From the IMG/VR virus record IMGVR_UViG_3300032194_000381, positions 3,677 to 67,676 of that record: a stretch of 64,000 bases of DNA; one strand, written 5' to 3'. This document shows, piece by piece, positions 29,750 through 38,832 of this stretch (its first letter is position 1; each line of letters opens with the position of its first letter). Made by a program: the position numbers and the translations under genes. The stretch is from a virus. The notes beneath the pieces are model-generated. The model saw nothing but the letters and a program-made list of their open reading frames with translations, did no database searches and was not told the origin of the DNA.

Positions 29750-30026
29750 TCCTTCGACGCGCAAATACTGCGCGATGATTGAGATTGGTGGTGTAGTCCA
29801 CTGGGGTGTCAAGTGGCAGGAGGATTTCGAAGAGGCTGAGTCTGATCTGCGGTGCATGATTAATAATTTAGCCTTTGACCTCGAGGAGACTCTTTCTGAC
29901 GAAGGGTTTTATCCTGAGCGGGCTATAATTATTGAAGAAAAATATCAAGAATCCGGAAGGACTAATGGTCTGTTTACCGGATTAATGTCAAAAGATGGCG
30001 AGATTTCTAACGACGATACCATCTAA
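29720..30026 (+). CDS. AP2-like domain protein
   Basis: HYHLDPSTRKYCAMIEIGG...EEAE; C-terminal GRTNGLFTGL; start approximate. Confidence 0.35.
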
Positions 30027-30660
30027 TTCCGGGTTCGCGAACTTTGGAACTGTTCAGGCATATCCTACTGGAGGTTCAGGGCCAACCGCCTACGGTCCTA
30101 CCTCCTACTTCGGTTCTGATCCACGCCCTGCGGAGCCTGGAGATAGCCTTTATAACCCTATTGATCTGGGCGATTTCTCTTCTGTATTTAGAGCGGTCAC
30201 GCTGAACAATAAGCATGGTGGCCTCACAAGGCGTGTCACCACGTTCTACAAAATCAAGCTAAACCGAAACCGTTCCATCCAGTTCACTCAGAACTTCAGT
30301 CAGTTTGCCTATACCAGAGAGACCAACAGGAACACCCTCGTCGCTTTTTACAAGATTCTGCCGGACGGCCGGCGTGAGGAGCTGCCGATCAACGACGAAG
30401 GCTATGTCAGCCCTGAGAGCTCGATTGATTACAACGAAGAGAACCTCAAGCTCGAGGATTATCCGTCCACCAGACTGGATCCTGGCGATTATTTATTCCT
30501 GATTACTAATGATATTCGGTTTATGGAAACCGTTTACTCAATTAGTGTCAACGTGTCGGTTGTGGACTGGCGCTTCGTTTATGAGAACGTTGAAGAATCC
30601 TTGGATTTTGCATCGGTTGCTGATGGCGCTGTCGATTCGTTAGACTTTGGTTCTGTATAG
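29995..30660 (+). CDS. beta-rich hypothetical protein, possibly structural
   Basis: 221 aa; NPIDLG...LDPGDYLFLI; DFG repeats. Confidence 0.6.
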   Translation: MARFLTTIPSNSGFANFGTVQAYPTGGSGPTAYGPTSYFGSDPRPAEPGDSLYNPIDLGDFSSVFRAVTLNNKHGGLTRRVTTFYKIKLNRNRSIQFTQNFSQFAYTRETNRNTLVAFYKILPDGRREELPINDEGYVSPESSIDYNEENLKLEDYPSTRLDPGDYLFLITNDIRFMETVYSISVNVSVVDWRFVYENVEESLDFASVADGAVDSLDFGSV

Positions 30661-30892
30661 GCAATCTTAAAAATTGCTGTTAAAGTCTAGGAATAGTGCA
30701 ATAAATCATGGCGGATCTCTGTGTCATTCAAAAACATGAAGCAGACATTGAGCTAATCATGGACGCAGTATGCCTCGATAACGTGCACTATTGCATAGAA
30801 AATGAGGATGAAGCTGTAGCTGTCATCCCCTTTCATGTCTATGAGTTTTTAATGGATACCTATAAGGAGTGGCTCCAGGAAAGCTGACTGGG

Positions 30893-31396
30893 TCAGACGT
30901 CCATAAACTTCTTCCAATCCCTCTTTGCGTAGGAAGGATCGTACTTGCTGGGGTCAACCGTTGACTCAGGCTTAGCGGCTTTAGCTGCCTCTGCTTTTTT
31001 GAGGGCTTCTGCCTGCTTCACAAGATTACTGGAACCGACAGCGACGGCGGCCTGCTGCGTATTGGTGGGAGCTGCAAGACCAGGGCTGGCGATGGGTTTA
31101 CCAGAGGCATCTTCTTTAACCTCTAAGAGACCAGGATCCTTAAAGCTGCCAGGCAAAGAAGCTAAATAAGATGCGGCTTCCATAGTGCGACGTCGCTCAT
31201 CGCGTGCACGGATCTCTGCAGGGGTGCCTACCTCTGTGTAGCGATCCTTCTGCAAGGCTGCGGTGTCTGCATCGATCCGCTTGACGTAATCACGTACGTC
31301 TTCATAGCTCTCTTTAGGAATGAATTTCCTGTAGAGAATCGGCTGGGCAGGTTTCTGCCTATAAACAGTTGTAGTTTCGCTGCTACCACCGCCCAT
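30893..31396 (-). CDS. hypothetical protein
   Basis: 167-aa ORF MGGGSSE... Confidence 0.6.
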   Translation of the reverse strand: MGGGSSETTTVYRQKPAQPILYRKFIPKESYEDVRDYVKRIDADTAALQKDRYTEVGTPAEIRARDERRRTMEAASYLASLPGSFKDPGLLEVKEDASGKPIASPGLAAPTNTQQAAVAVGSSNLVKQAEALKKAEAAKAAKPESTVDPSKYDPSYAKRDWKKFMDV

Positions 31397-31400
31397 TGTC

Positions 31401-31529
31401 TTACTTCACTTTTATTTCTATACTAATTCTATCTGTCACAAACTCGTATAAATGCGGGGCACCAGTGACTCCCACAATGATGATGACTGTCGCCAGCAGC
31501 AGCTCAGCGTAAGTGATAGGCCGACGCAT
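31401..31529 (-). CDS. prepilin-like small membrane protein
   Basis: MRRPITYAELLLATVIIIVGVTGAP..., 42 aa. Confidence 0.4.
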   Translation of the reverse strand: MRRPITYAELLLATVIIIVGVTGAPHLYEFVTDRISIEIKVK

Positions 31530-31828
31530 GGTGAAAAATATCCTTTCATAGAAGAGTTTAGCGAACTCATACAAGAGCTGTCCACAAAGGAGATCCTCAC
31601 GCTTCTGACAAATCAGCAGAGAAACCTCGCCAAAGCCTTATGGGAAGCTGAAAATTACGGAGGCGACATCGAAAAGTGTAAGAAGAGGCTGGTGGAAACA
31701 CATGGACGGGACTGGATGAAGACAATAAAATTCAAAGAGCATTTCGCTCCGATCCGTTCTTATTACGAGCTGGTTCTAATTCTTGAGCATCAACGCCAAT
31801 GGGACGAATACAGAAAAACAGCTAAGAT

Positions 31829-32452
31829 TTGTCAAGACTAAGTTCTCTAATGGAAGAAACCACCGGAGAGGACTGGCTTGATGTCTTATCGCGTACGGAG
31901 TTCGAACCGGATGAAGCTTCAACTAATTCCTACCAGAGCTACCGTTTCGTCGATTTAGATATAAGTCAGGTAACGGTAGAGAATTACAAAGACACCCTCG
32001 TAACGTCACTGGCTGAACAGGTGGAGATGTTCATTCCACCCTCAGGAAGCTTTGAAACTCCTGACCTGAGAAGGTATCTGGAGCTTGTGTGCGGCTACGA
32101 AACGAGCACATCTGACCTGGTCTTGGGTCTATCCCTGGCTGATCAAATCAGGATCACGTTCAGTGATATGAAAATCAGCACCATCTGCGATCGGTATCCA
32201 GACATCAATCTGGCAGAGAAGCGTCGATACCGCTGCGTGGCAGAGTACTTGATCCGTCAAGGGGAATTGACCAAACTACGGGATGAAAACGGTAAACTGA
32301 TCAAGAAGATTGGCAACATGCAGAAAGCTGTTGTGTTGTACAAACCGCTCCCCAAATTACTGGAAACCCTAAAACGCTCCGGGCTTACTCATTTTATAAA
32401 GCTTAAGGAGCAGCCCAAAACTGAAGAGGCAAAGGCCTCTAATATTAATTGA
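31829..32452 (+). CDS. hypothetical protein, possible winged helix
   Basis: 207 aa; VAEYLIRQGEL then beta hairpin. Confidence 0.6.
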   Translation: MSRLSSLMEETTGEDWLDVLSRTEFEPDEASTNSYQSYRFVDLDISQVTVENYKDTLVTSLAEQVEMFIPPSGSFETPDLRRYLELVCGYETSTSDLVLGLSLADQIRITFSDMKISTICDRYPDINLAEKRRYRCVAEYLIRQGELTKLRDENGKLIKKIGNMQKAVVLYKPLPKLLETLKRSGLTHFIKLKEQPKTEEAKASNIN

Positions 32453-32464
32453 ATCTGAACAGCC

Positions 32465-32863
32465 ATGACAAGCCGTAGAAACAAACTCCTGACCCGTCTT
32501 CTTCAGAACACCACTGGCGAAACCGAAGAGACGCTCATGAAACTCAGCATCGAGCGTATCTGCGCTGACATGTGCGAGTTTTATACCAAGTTCTACGCCT
32601 TAGAAGGCCCTGGTGTACTTGTATTCAAGCCTCAGGCAGAGGATAAAGATAGTATGTTCTATCTCTGCGTCGACGCGTTGATCAACGCCTTGGATGATTA
32701 CCGCGATCAGGAGAGTGTCGCAGAGGTGTTCCAATCAGCCATCCGTCGTTCGGAACAGATCGACCCGACCAAAGAGTCCTTGTTTCTCATCCAAGATGAG
32801 AATGAGCTTGCCTTGGTTCACTACAAGCATGACGAAGAGAACTCCAGCTTTTTGATGCTTTGA
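32465..32863 (+). CDS. hypothetical protein
   Basis: 132-aa ORF. Confidence 0.6.
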   Translation: MTSRRNKLLTRLLQNTTGETEETLMKLSIERICADMCEFYTKFYALEGPGVLVFKPQAEDKDSMFYLCVDALINALDDYRDQESVAEVFQSAIRRSEQIDPTKESLFLIQDENELALVHYKHDEENSSFLML

Positions 32864-33486
32864 AACGCGGAGCCAACAACTGGTTAAGCCTGCGGAACAT
32901 CTATGGCAAGATCGAACATATTGAGGAGGACTGGCTGACGCCAGCTGAATATCTTCCTTTCATCGACGCACTGCTTGGAGAGATTGACTTAGACCCGTGT
33001 TCAAACCACGACGCTAATCTTCAAGGTCTCCAAGCGAAAAAAATCTATACCCTTAAAGAAGACGGGCTCAACATTGAGACACCCTGGACGGGAGTGACTT
33101 ACCTGTTCCCGCCTACTTACGGACGATGCACTTGGAGCATTAAGAGAGGGACCTGGCGTTGGAGCAAGCGTGGAGGAAAAGTCTCAAAAGCCCCCTCTGT
33201 AATCTGGTTTAGACGTCTTGTAAAAGAATGGAAGCTCAGGAACATACCTGAAGCTTTGTTTTACACCACGTATCCAGAGATGTTGAGGATCTGTCCGGAG
33301 GTCTGGGACTTCCCGATGTGCTTCCCCACGGATAGGCCAAACTTGATTCACGGTAAAAAATATTTCACTAATAAAAACCCTATGCACTGGGGTTATTTCG
33401 TTTACCTGCCCAGGTTATCTCTCGGTTTCAAGCAGACCGAACGCTTCGAAGAGGTGTTCTCGGAGCTTGGACGAGTTATATGTTAG
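32860..33486 (+). CDS. phage N6-adenine methyltransferase-fold protein (degenerate motif IV)
   Basis: DWLTP, IDLDPCS, EDGL..W, but FPPTYG where NPPYG is expected. Confidence 0.7.
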   Translation: MKRGANNWLSLRNIYGKIEHIEEDWLTPAEYLPFIDALLGEIDLDPCSNHDANLQGLQAKKIYTLKEDGLNIETPWTGVTYLFPPTYGRCTWSIKRGTWRWSKRGGKVSKAPSVIWFRRLVKEWKLRNIPEALFYTTYPEMLRICPEVWDFPMCFPTDRPNLIHGKKYFTNKNPMHWGYFVYLPRLSLGFKQTERFEEVFSELGRVIC

Positions 33487-33730
33487 CTCGGAATCCGTTG
33501 CGGAGACTGTACTTTGCCTCTCCAGGTCCTGCCACGATGAAACGATCCTCCGTGCGGAGTTCCTGTTCCATGTTTGGTTCTGCTTTCTCTCGACGGGCGT
33601 CTACAAATTTATCTAAAAAGAACTTAGCTGTATCGTTATCAGTGGCGGAGATATCTTGTCCGGGTTTGACAGTATAACTGCCTGCACGGCGGTTATCGAT
33701 ATCGTATGCTTGGCTTAATTGGTCGTTCAT
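33476..33730 (-). CDS. small protein (FFLDKFV motif)
   Basis: 84 aa; TAGAAT 6 nt upstream of ATG. Confidence 0.55.
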   Translation of the reverse strand: MNDQLSQAYDIDNRRAGSYTVKPGQDISATDNDTAKFFLDKFVDARREKAEPNMEQELRTEDRFIVAGPGEAKYSLRNGFRANI

Positions 33731-33742
33731 TTATTCATTCTA

Positions 33743-34030
33743 ATGACCCTCACTGAAACCCAAGCTCAAATTAGCTTGATCTGTGATGACATTAAGGAGC
33801 TCTTGCTTTACAAGAATAGAAAGTACGGGAACTCAGCACTCGAGCCGATTCGAGTCTTCAGCAAGGCAGACGATGTAGAACAAATTCTGGTACGTATTGA
33901 CGATAAACTTAATCGTATCCAGCAAGGAGCAGGCCTTATCGGTGATGACGAGGATGTGATTACTGATTTAATTGGCTATCTCGTACTACTGAAACTTTCA
34001 CTGAAGAAAAGAGCTGACAATGGAGTATGA
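33743..34030 (+). CDS. DUF1599 / nucleotide-modification-associated domain protein
   Basis: KNRKYGNS...VRIDDKLNRI...DLIGYLVL. Confidence 0.75.
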   Translation: MTLTETQAQISLICDDIKELLLYKNRKYGNSALEPIRVFSKADDVEQILVRIDDKLNRIQQGAGLIGDDEDVITDLIGYLVLLKLSLKKRADNGV

Positions 34031-34074
34031 AGAATTCATCAAAGCTTACACACCTCAGCTGGCCATCATCGACG

Positions 34075-34824
34075 CTATAGATCTTCTAAAGCATTTCTCT
34101 CCGGACGCTCTGGAGACCCTAGACCAGTTGGATGCTGACGCCACATCTGATAAAAACGACGAATCGAACGACCAGTCGGATCCCACTCTTTGATCTTGCG
34201 CTCTAAATATTCAACAGCCTTGATCTGAGTCGGGGACCCATTGTAGGTCTCCGCCAAATTCAGCAGACAGACTGCTGTAGCGCATTTGTGACGAGTAAAG
34301 GTAGGGATCTTCTTGTCTCCGGAGACGAACGTGTTCAACTCCACACGTCTTCGATCACGCATCCTGTCACCGCCTGAGAGCCAGTACGTGTTGATGTAGG
34401 GGCTCCACTCACGAATTATTTTTTCTTTGGAGGCATGGGTGTTGATCAGCTCCAGAAGACGCGAGTTCTTAAAACCGACTAGACCTACGCTGTGAGCAAA
34501 ACTCAGTAGCGCCGCTTTCCTGTTCTTGTTGAGTGGCACAAAAACATAATTCGAAACTTCATCAGAGAATCTCTTGAGGTCCTCAGTGAAAAGTGAATTG
34601 ACTTCTTTCTCGCTCATTTTCTCGTTATGAGCTACCGGTCTCTCTCCAATAAATTTCGTCCCGTAGCCAATGCGCCAAATGGATTCGCCGTAATCTTTGT
34701 AGGAAGCAAAACGCCCCATACCGATGTAGGTACGAGGCGTTGTGTATTTCTTTATAATTTGAATCCCAAGCTCCGTAAGCAGTGGATGCTCTTTGAAAGG
34801 ATCTTTTTGTTTACGGGACGACAC
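34075..34824 (-). CDS. GH24 lysozyme-fold protein (catalytic Glu apparently absent)
   Basis: GIQIIKKY, WRIGYG, ALLSFAHSVG, SRLL, RRRVE. Confidence 0.75.
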   Translation of the reverse strand: MSSRKQKDPFKEHPLLTELGIQIIKKYTTPRTYIGMGRFASYKDYGESIWRIGYGTKFIGERPVAHNEKMSEKEVNSLFTEDLKRFSDEVSNYVFVPLNKNRKAALLSFAHSVGLVGFKNSRLLELINTHASKEKIIREWSPYINTYWLSGGDRMRDRRRVELNTFVSGDKKIPTFTRHKCATAVCLLNLAETYNGSPTQIKAVEYLERKIKEWDPTGRSIRRFYQMWRQHPTGLGSPERPERNALEDL

Positions 34825-35194
34825 AAAGGCCGGTGAAGCTGACTTCAGAATAACCGTCGAGCTTCAACAGCACAATGTAGTTCTTGGTTGCATCAGTGAC
34901 CGTGACGCCCACAGCACCTTTACCTTTACCGGCCTGGGCGACATTGAACGCTTTCTGGTATCCGGAGGGAGCAGAACCAGCAGAATGATCGTCGTCTTGG
35001 AATATCTCTAAGCTGACAACACCTGCAGAGCGGTCGAGAGTAAAGGTAATATCGCCCGTGGTACCGGGATTTACCTCGAAAGCACGCTGGCTAAGGCCAG
35101 TATCGTTGCCTACGCCAGCACCCTTGTAAGTGACGTCACTACCGGAGTCAACCGAGAACGTATCCAGGGTTCCGGTGATAATGCGATCAGCCAT
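34811..35194 (-). CDS. beta-sandwich protein, possibly structural
   Basis: 127 aa G/T/V-rich. Confidence 0.55.
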   Translation of the reverse strand: MADRIITGTLDTFSVDSGSDVTYKGAGVGNDTGLSQRAFEVNPGTTGDITFTLDRSAGVVSLEIFQDDDHSAGSAPSGYQKAFNVAQAGKGKGAVGVTVTDATKNYIVLLKLDGYSEVSFTGLCVVP

Positions 35195-35199
35195 GATGA

Positions 35200-35415
35200 T
35201 TAAGAAATTTGTCCGATAGTGGAGAAATTAAAAGTGATATCGGCATCGATACCATGGTCTTTGAGAACACCTAAGAACATTTGCTTATCAAGTGCTTTCT
35301 GGTGAAGCATTTCAATGAACGCTTCTTCTAACTCATCTCGATCCATGTTCTGAATCGCTAAGGACGCTGCGTGGATTTGGAATTCCACGTCCACTGGAAG
35401 CCCTAATGCATCCAT
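35200..35415 (-). CDS. nblA: NblA-like phycobilisome degradation adaptor (copy 2)
   Basis: LPVDVEFQIHAASLAIQNMDRDELEEAFIEMLHQKALDKQMF parallels NblA L(S/T)LEQQF...MSREQ...Q. Confidence 0.6.
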   Translation of the reverse strand: MDALGLPVDVEFQIHAASLAIQNMDRDELEEAFIEMLHQKALDKQMFLGVLKDHGIDADITFNFSTIGQIS

Positions 35416-35465
35416 GGTAATTCTCAACCTTCTAAGTATCCTACCAGCGCTGAACTATTAATCAA

Positions 35466-35621
35466 TCAGAGGCCATACGGAGGCTGCTTCAAGACAACTT
35501 CCCGCTCGTCCACTGTGAACTGAGGGACGTCAGTCTTCATATCGACGTCGTCTGGGTCCATAGATCTTTCGACCCTGTCGATGTACCCTTTCAGAAACTG
35601 CTCTCCCGTAGGCTGATTCAT
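35466..35621 (-). CDS. small protein (QFLKGYI motif)
   Basis: 51 aa MNQPTGEQFLKGYIDRV...; AGAGG upstream. Confidence 0.5.
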   Translation of the reverse strand: MNQPTGEQFLKGYIDRVERSMDPDDVDMKTDVPQFTVDEREVVLKQPPYGL

Positions 35622-35750
35622 TGTCCTCTGTGTGGTTCCTGGTGCAAAGCAGCCCTGCTACATAAGAGCAGCCGAACAAGCATAAAAATGTTGCTGCTCC
35701 TAGTGCCACTGCAGTAAATTGGCTTACATCCGTATTGTAAGAGAGGTTTA

Positions 35751-36549
35751 TATGGTGTTAGCTGATGATCTAAAACGAGAGTTCCTCTATTCAGCTGTAG
35801 GGGGCGTCAGCAAAACACAGACGGTCCGTACGTATATGGAAGAATACGGGTTAACGGATTACGAGATTGAAGAACTCATTGCTAGCAATGCTTTCAAGGA
35901 TGCTCCAGCAAAAATTGATTACAAGGCACTTGCACGCTGCGCTGTCGCACGTAATGGTCGGCGCATTTTTTACCCTTTCACACAAGTTTATATAAAAGAA
36001 AACTTTATTGACCTTGAAATTTGCGAGCAATTTAGAGAAAGAATTGACAAAAACCTCCGACCTTCGACAGTTTCTGACGACAAAGACACCTGCAAGGTGA
36101 GTGATTACAGGACCAGCAAAACTGCAGACCTGCACTACTTTGATGACGCTCTGTACTTAAGCTTGGATCAAAAGCTTGCCTTCTTCATGGGGCTTGATCA
36201 GTTTCTTGGAGAGTGCATGCAAGCACAAAAATATGAACCTGGGCAGTATTTTAAGGAGCACTGGGACTATTTTGATCCAGACACGAAAGAGTATGACGTC
36301 TATTGCGAGTGGATGGGGCAGAGGTCTTGGACCACAATGCTTTACCTAAACGATGTTGAACAAGGGGGTGAAACCTATTTCAAACACCTGAACCTAAAAA
36401 TCAAGCCTAAGGCTGGTCTGCTGCTTGCCTGGAACAATCTTCACCCCGACGGCAGACCAAACATTAAAACGATGCACGAAGCTTTGCCTCCAGTCAGTGG
36501 AGACAAATACATCATCACCAAATGGTGGAGATCCTGGACGTTAATTTGA
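35751..36549 (+). CDS. prolyl 4-hydroxylase-like 2OG-Fe(II) oxygenase
   Basis: RTS, YEPGQYFKEHWDYF, GQR..T.MLYLNDVEQGGET, HEALP, KYIITKW; start approximate. Confidence 0.85.
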
Positions 36550-36678
36550 ACGTCCTTTTTGTTTCATAGCAAGTGCAATTGCCAAAGCTTGCTTGCGGCT
36601 GGTAACCTTTTTACCACTGCTAGATTTCAACTCGCCAGCCTTGAATTCAGACATGACTTTTTTGACTTTATCTTCCAT
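36541..36678 (-). CDS. DUF6496-like small basic protein
   Basis: KVKKVMSEFKAGELKSSSGKKVTSRKQALAIAL. Confidence 0.65.
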   Translation of the reverse strand: MEDKVKKVMSEFKAGELKSSSGKKVTSRKQALAIALAMKQKGRSN

Positions 36679-36690
36679 AGCGGACTGAGA

Positions 36691-36918
36691 TCAACCCAAT
36701 TCAGGGCCTTCTGTCACATCCTTTTCTCTGGTGCGCTTACGCAGCTTGCTTAGAGTTTTTGCGAGGTTAGCTTGACGGACAGTTCGCTCATCGAAAGCAC
36801 TGGGGTTGGAAGTCACCGTGCGGGTGTATTCCTCGGTAGTCATGCCCATATCCTCTGCTTTCTTCCGGAAAGCACCCTCAGTCTTAATTGCGTCGTCAAT
36901 AAAGTTCTTTTCAGCCAT
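36691..36918 (-). CDS. small basic phage protein
   Basis: FIDDAIKTEGAF...RQANLAKTLSKL. Confidence 0.6.
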   Translation of the reverse strand: MAEKNFIDDAIKTEGAFRKKAEDMGMTTEEYTRTVTSNPSAFDERTVRQANLAKTLSKLRKRTREKDVTEGPELG

Positions 36919-36923
36919 TTAAA

Positions 36924-37211
36924 TTACCATTTGACTTTGTGGCTCCAGTAACGAGCAGACATCTTGTCGGGCTTGGCGTCCTGAGCATTATGTCTAGCAT
37001 AATATGATGCCTTCCTAGCCTTTTCCTTAGCTGTCTTAGGGTTCTTACCTGCACCCTTGACGCCTTGCTGACCGAAGCGAATAATCTTCTCTTCACCGTC
37101 CTTACATGCCTTGACGACATGTGATTTGGTGTCGTGATCAGGAGTGCGTCGAGGCTTATTGCACTTCATCTGCTCTTTGGCAAGACGCTTGGCTTTGGCT
37201 CTATCTGCCAT
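36924..37211 (-). CDS. small basic phage protein
   Basis: KSHVVKAC...IIRFGQQG...ARH...SARYWS. Confidence 0.7.
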   Translation of the reverse strand: MADRAKAKRLAKEQMKCNKPRRTPDHDTKSHVVKACKDGEEKIIRFGQQGVKGAGKNPKTAKEKARKASYYARHNAQDAKPDKMSARYWSHKVKW

Positions 37212-37212
37212 C

Positions 37213-37416
37213 TCAGATCCTCAGAACGCCACGCTCAAACTTAGCGGTCAGATCATTACGCACCTGGCCAGAAGGGCTCACGAAGTTCTCATCAGTGTTT
37301 TCAGGAACACGTTCCTCAAGAAGAGGCTCGATATAAGAGCCCAGAAAATCCTTCTCTTTAGACTGCGATCCAGCTGATTTGGAGGTCATCGTCGATATAA
37401 GGCGAGGCGGAGTCAC
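37213..37416 (-). CDS. small protein (DFLGSYI motif)
   Basis: 67 aa. Confidence 0.45.
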   Translation of the reverse strand: MTPPRLISTMTSKSAGSQSKEKDFLGSYIEPLLEERVPENTDENFVSPSGQVRNDLTAKFERGVLRI

Positions 37417-37810
37417 TGCTCGGCAGTTTTATGGAGTAGGGCTTCTGCTCTGTCCACTCTATGATTTTATCAAACCTTTCTTTTGTGTAGTTGGCATTGG
37501 TTTCTGTAAACCAATCCTTCAACAAAGTAGATCCTTTAGAGCGATTACAACTGCTGCAGCAGCAGCTCATGTTGGATCGAACGTTGTGACCACCCTTGTG
37601 CTTTGGAAGAATGTGGTCAATCGTTGCAGTATCAGGTGTTAATTGTTTATCGCAGTAACAGCATTTATATTCCCAGGCTTCAAAAATGTGGTGTCTAAAT
37701 TTTCGACGAGCATGTTTAGGACTTAGAACAATGAGGTTGACTAATAGATCTTGCTCGCAATGAAACACTTTTGGTATTCCAGCCTTGTCAAAACTGTAGG
37801 GTGCACACAC
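37358..37810 (-). CDS. HNH endonuclease (McrA-type, intact)
   Basis: CCYC...TIDHILPKHKGG...N...CSSCNRSKG. Confidence 0.85.
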   Translation of the reverse strand: MCAPYSFDKAGIPKVFHCEQDLLVNLIVLSPKHARRKFRHHIFEAWEYKCCYCDKQLTPDTATIDHILPKHKGGHNVRSNMSCCCSSCNRSKGSTLLKDWFTETNANYTKERFDKIIEWTEQKPYSIKLPSSDSASPYIDDDLQISWIAV

Positions 37811-37838
37811 TTGCCTTTTTAGCTATGCTCAGCTCGTC

Positions 37839-37923
37839 GGGAGCGTGGCGGAATCGGTAGACGCACCAGACTTAAAATCTGTTGGCCATTACGGTCGTGA
37901 GGGTTCAAGTCCCTCTGCTCCTA
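37839..37923 (+). tRNA. trnL: tRNA-Leu(UAA), intronless, CCA not encoded
   Basis: GGGAGCG/TGCTCCT acceptor stem, GGAATCGGTAGAC D-loop, CT-TAA-AA anticodon loop, long variable arm, GGTTCAAGTCC T-arm. Confidence 0.93.
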
Positions 37924-37938
37924 TAAAAACAAAATCAA

Positions 37939-38601
37939 ATGGCAGTAGTCACCGCTTTTCCGATCCCTATTTGCATCAAAGATCTGGAACCTGAGCAAGA
38001 TATTGCTGCAGGAATGGAAGATTATGTGCAGCGTTTTTATAAGAAAAACTTAGGCGAATATAACGACTCATCAGCAAACCTTACTGGCGATGTGCGTGAT
38101 GATTATCTCGTACATCTCCAGCCTGAATTTAATTGGTTGAACGAACAGATCGGCGAAGCTGCAGAGGAATATCTGTACGAGATGGGAGTTGATCTTGAGA
38201 AGGTCAATATCTACGCACAGAAATCCTGGCCGGTCGTGTGCGAAAACTCAGGTTCAATACCTTCGCACGTCCACAAAAATGCCATCATCAGCTGCGTTTT
38301 TTATCTCAATGAACCGGACAACGACTCTGGTGCCTTGAAGTTTGAGGCCGAAAACTGCATGAGTTACCTACCTTTGGTGCACAACGACACCGATCTGCAC
38401 TACGACGAAGTGCGTTTGGCGCCTATTAAACACCGTTTAGTAATGTTCCCAGCGAGCATGCAGCACTCGGTCGAGGATTATATCGGTGAGACGCCACGTT
38501 TTTCGATCTCCTACGACCTGATCGTCGTCGGTTCCGAGCCGCCTGGAAGTGGCGACATCGAGAACTACATTATGGATCCCTGCTACTGGGAAAAGCTCTA
38601 G
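37939..38601 (+). CDS. TIGR02466-like 2OG-Fe(II) oxygenase
   Basis: SW, HVH..AIISCVFYL, LVMFPASMQHSV, RFSISY. Confidence 0.85.
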   Translation: MAVVTAFPIPICIKDLEPEQDIAAGMEDYVQRFYKKNLGEYNDSSANLTGDVRDDYLVHLQPEFNWLNEQIGEAAEEYLYEMGVDLEKVNIYAQKSWPVVCENSGSIPSHVHKNAIISCVFYLNEPDNDSGALKFEAENCMSYLPLVHNDTDLHYDEVRLAPIKHRLVMFPASMQHSVEDYIGETPRFSISYDLIVVGSEPPGSGDIENYIMDPCYWEKL

Positions 38602-38832
38602 TCAGTCAAACCTAGAGCTTCAAAATCACACTCCTCTTCAGCTGGATCATACTCAGCATCCTCCAGGATTTTGAGGAGGAAGTAGTGGAGCTTATCCAGA
38701 ACCCATCGCAGATCTTCATCAGGGATATCACGAACAATCGCGTTCAACCGAAGATCTTTGGAGGGGATTCGAACTTCTTCAGCGACCAGTTCTATGGCTT
38801 TATAACGCTGTTTATTAATGTCACCAAGCATA

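Noticed and set aside
37839-37923. tRNA as attP or group I intron host
   Set aside because: Anticodon loop is uninterrupted; no integrase or duplicated tRNA 3' end in the window
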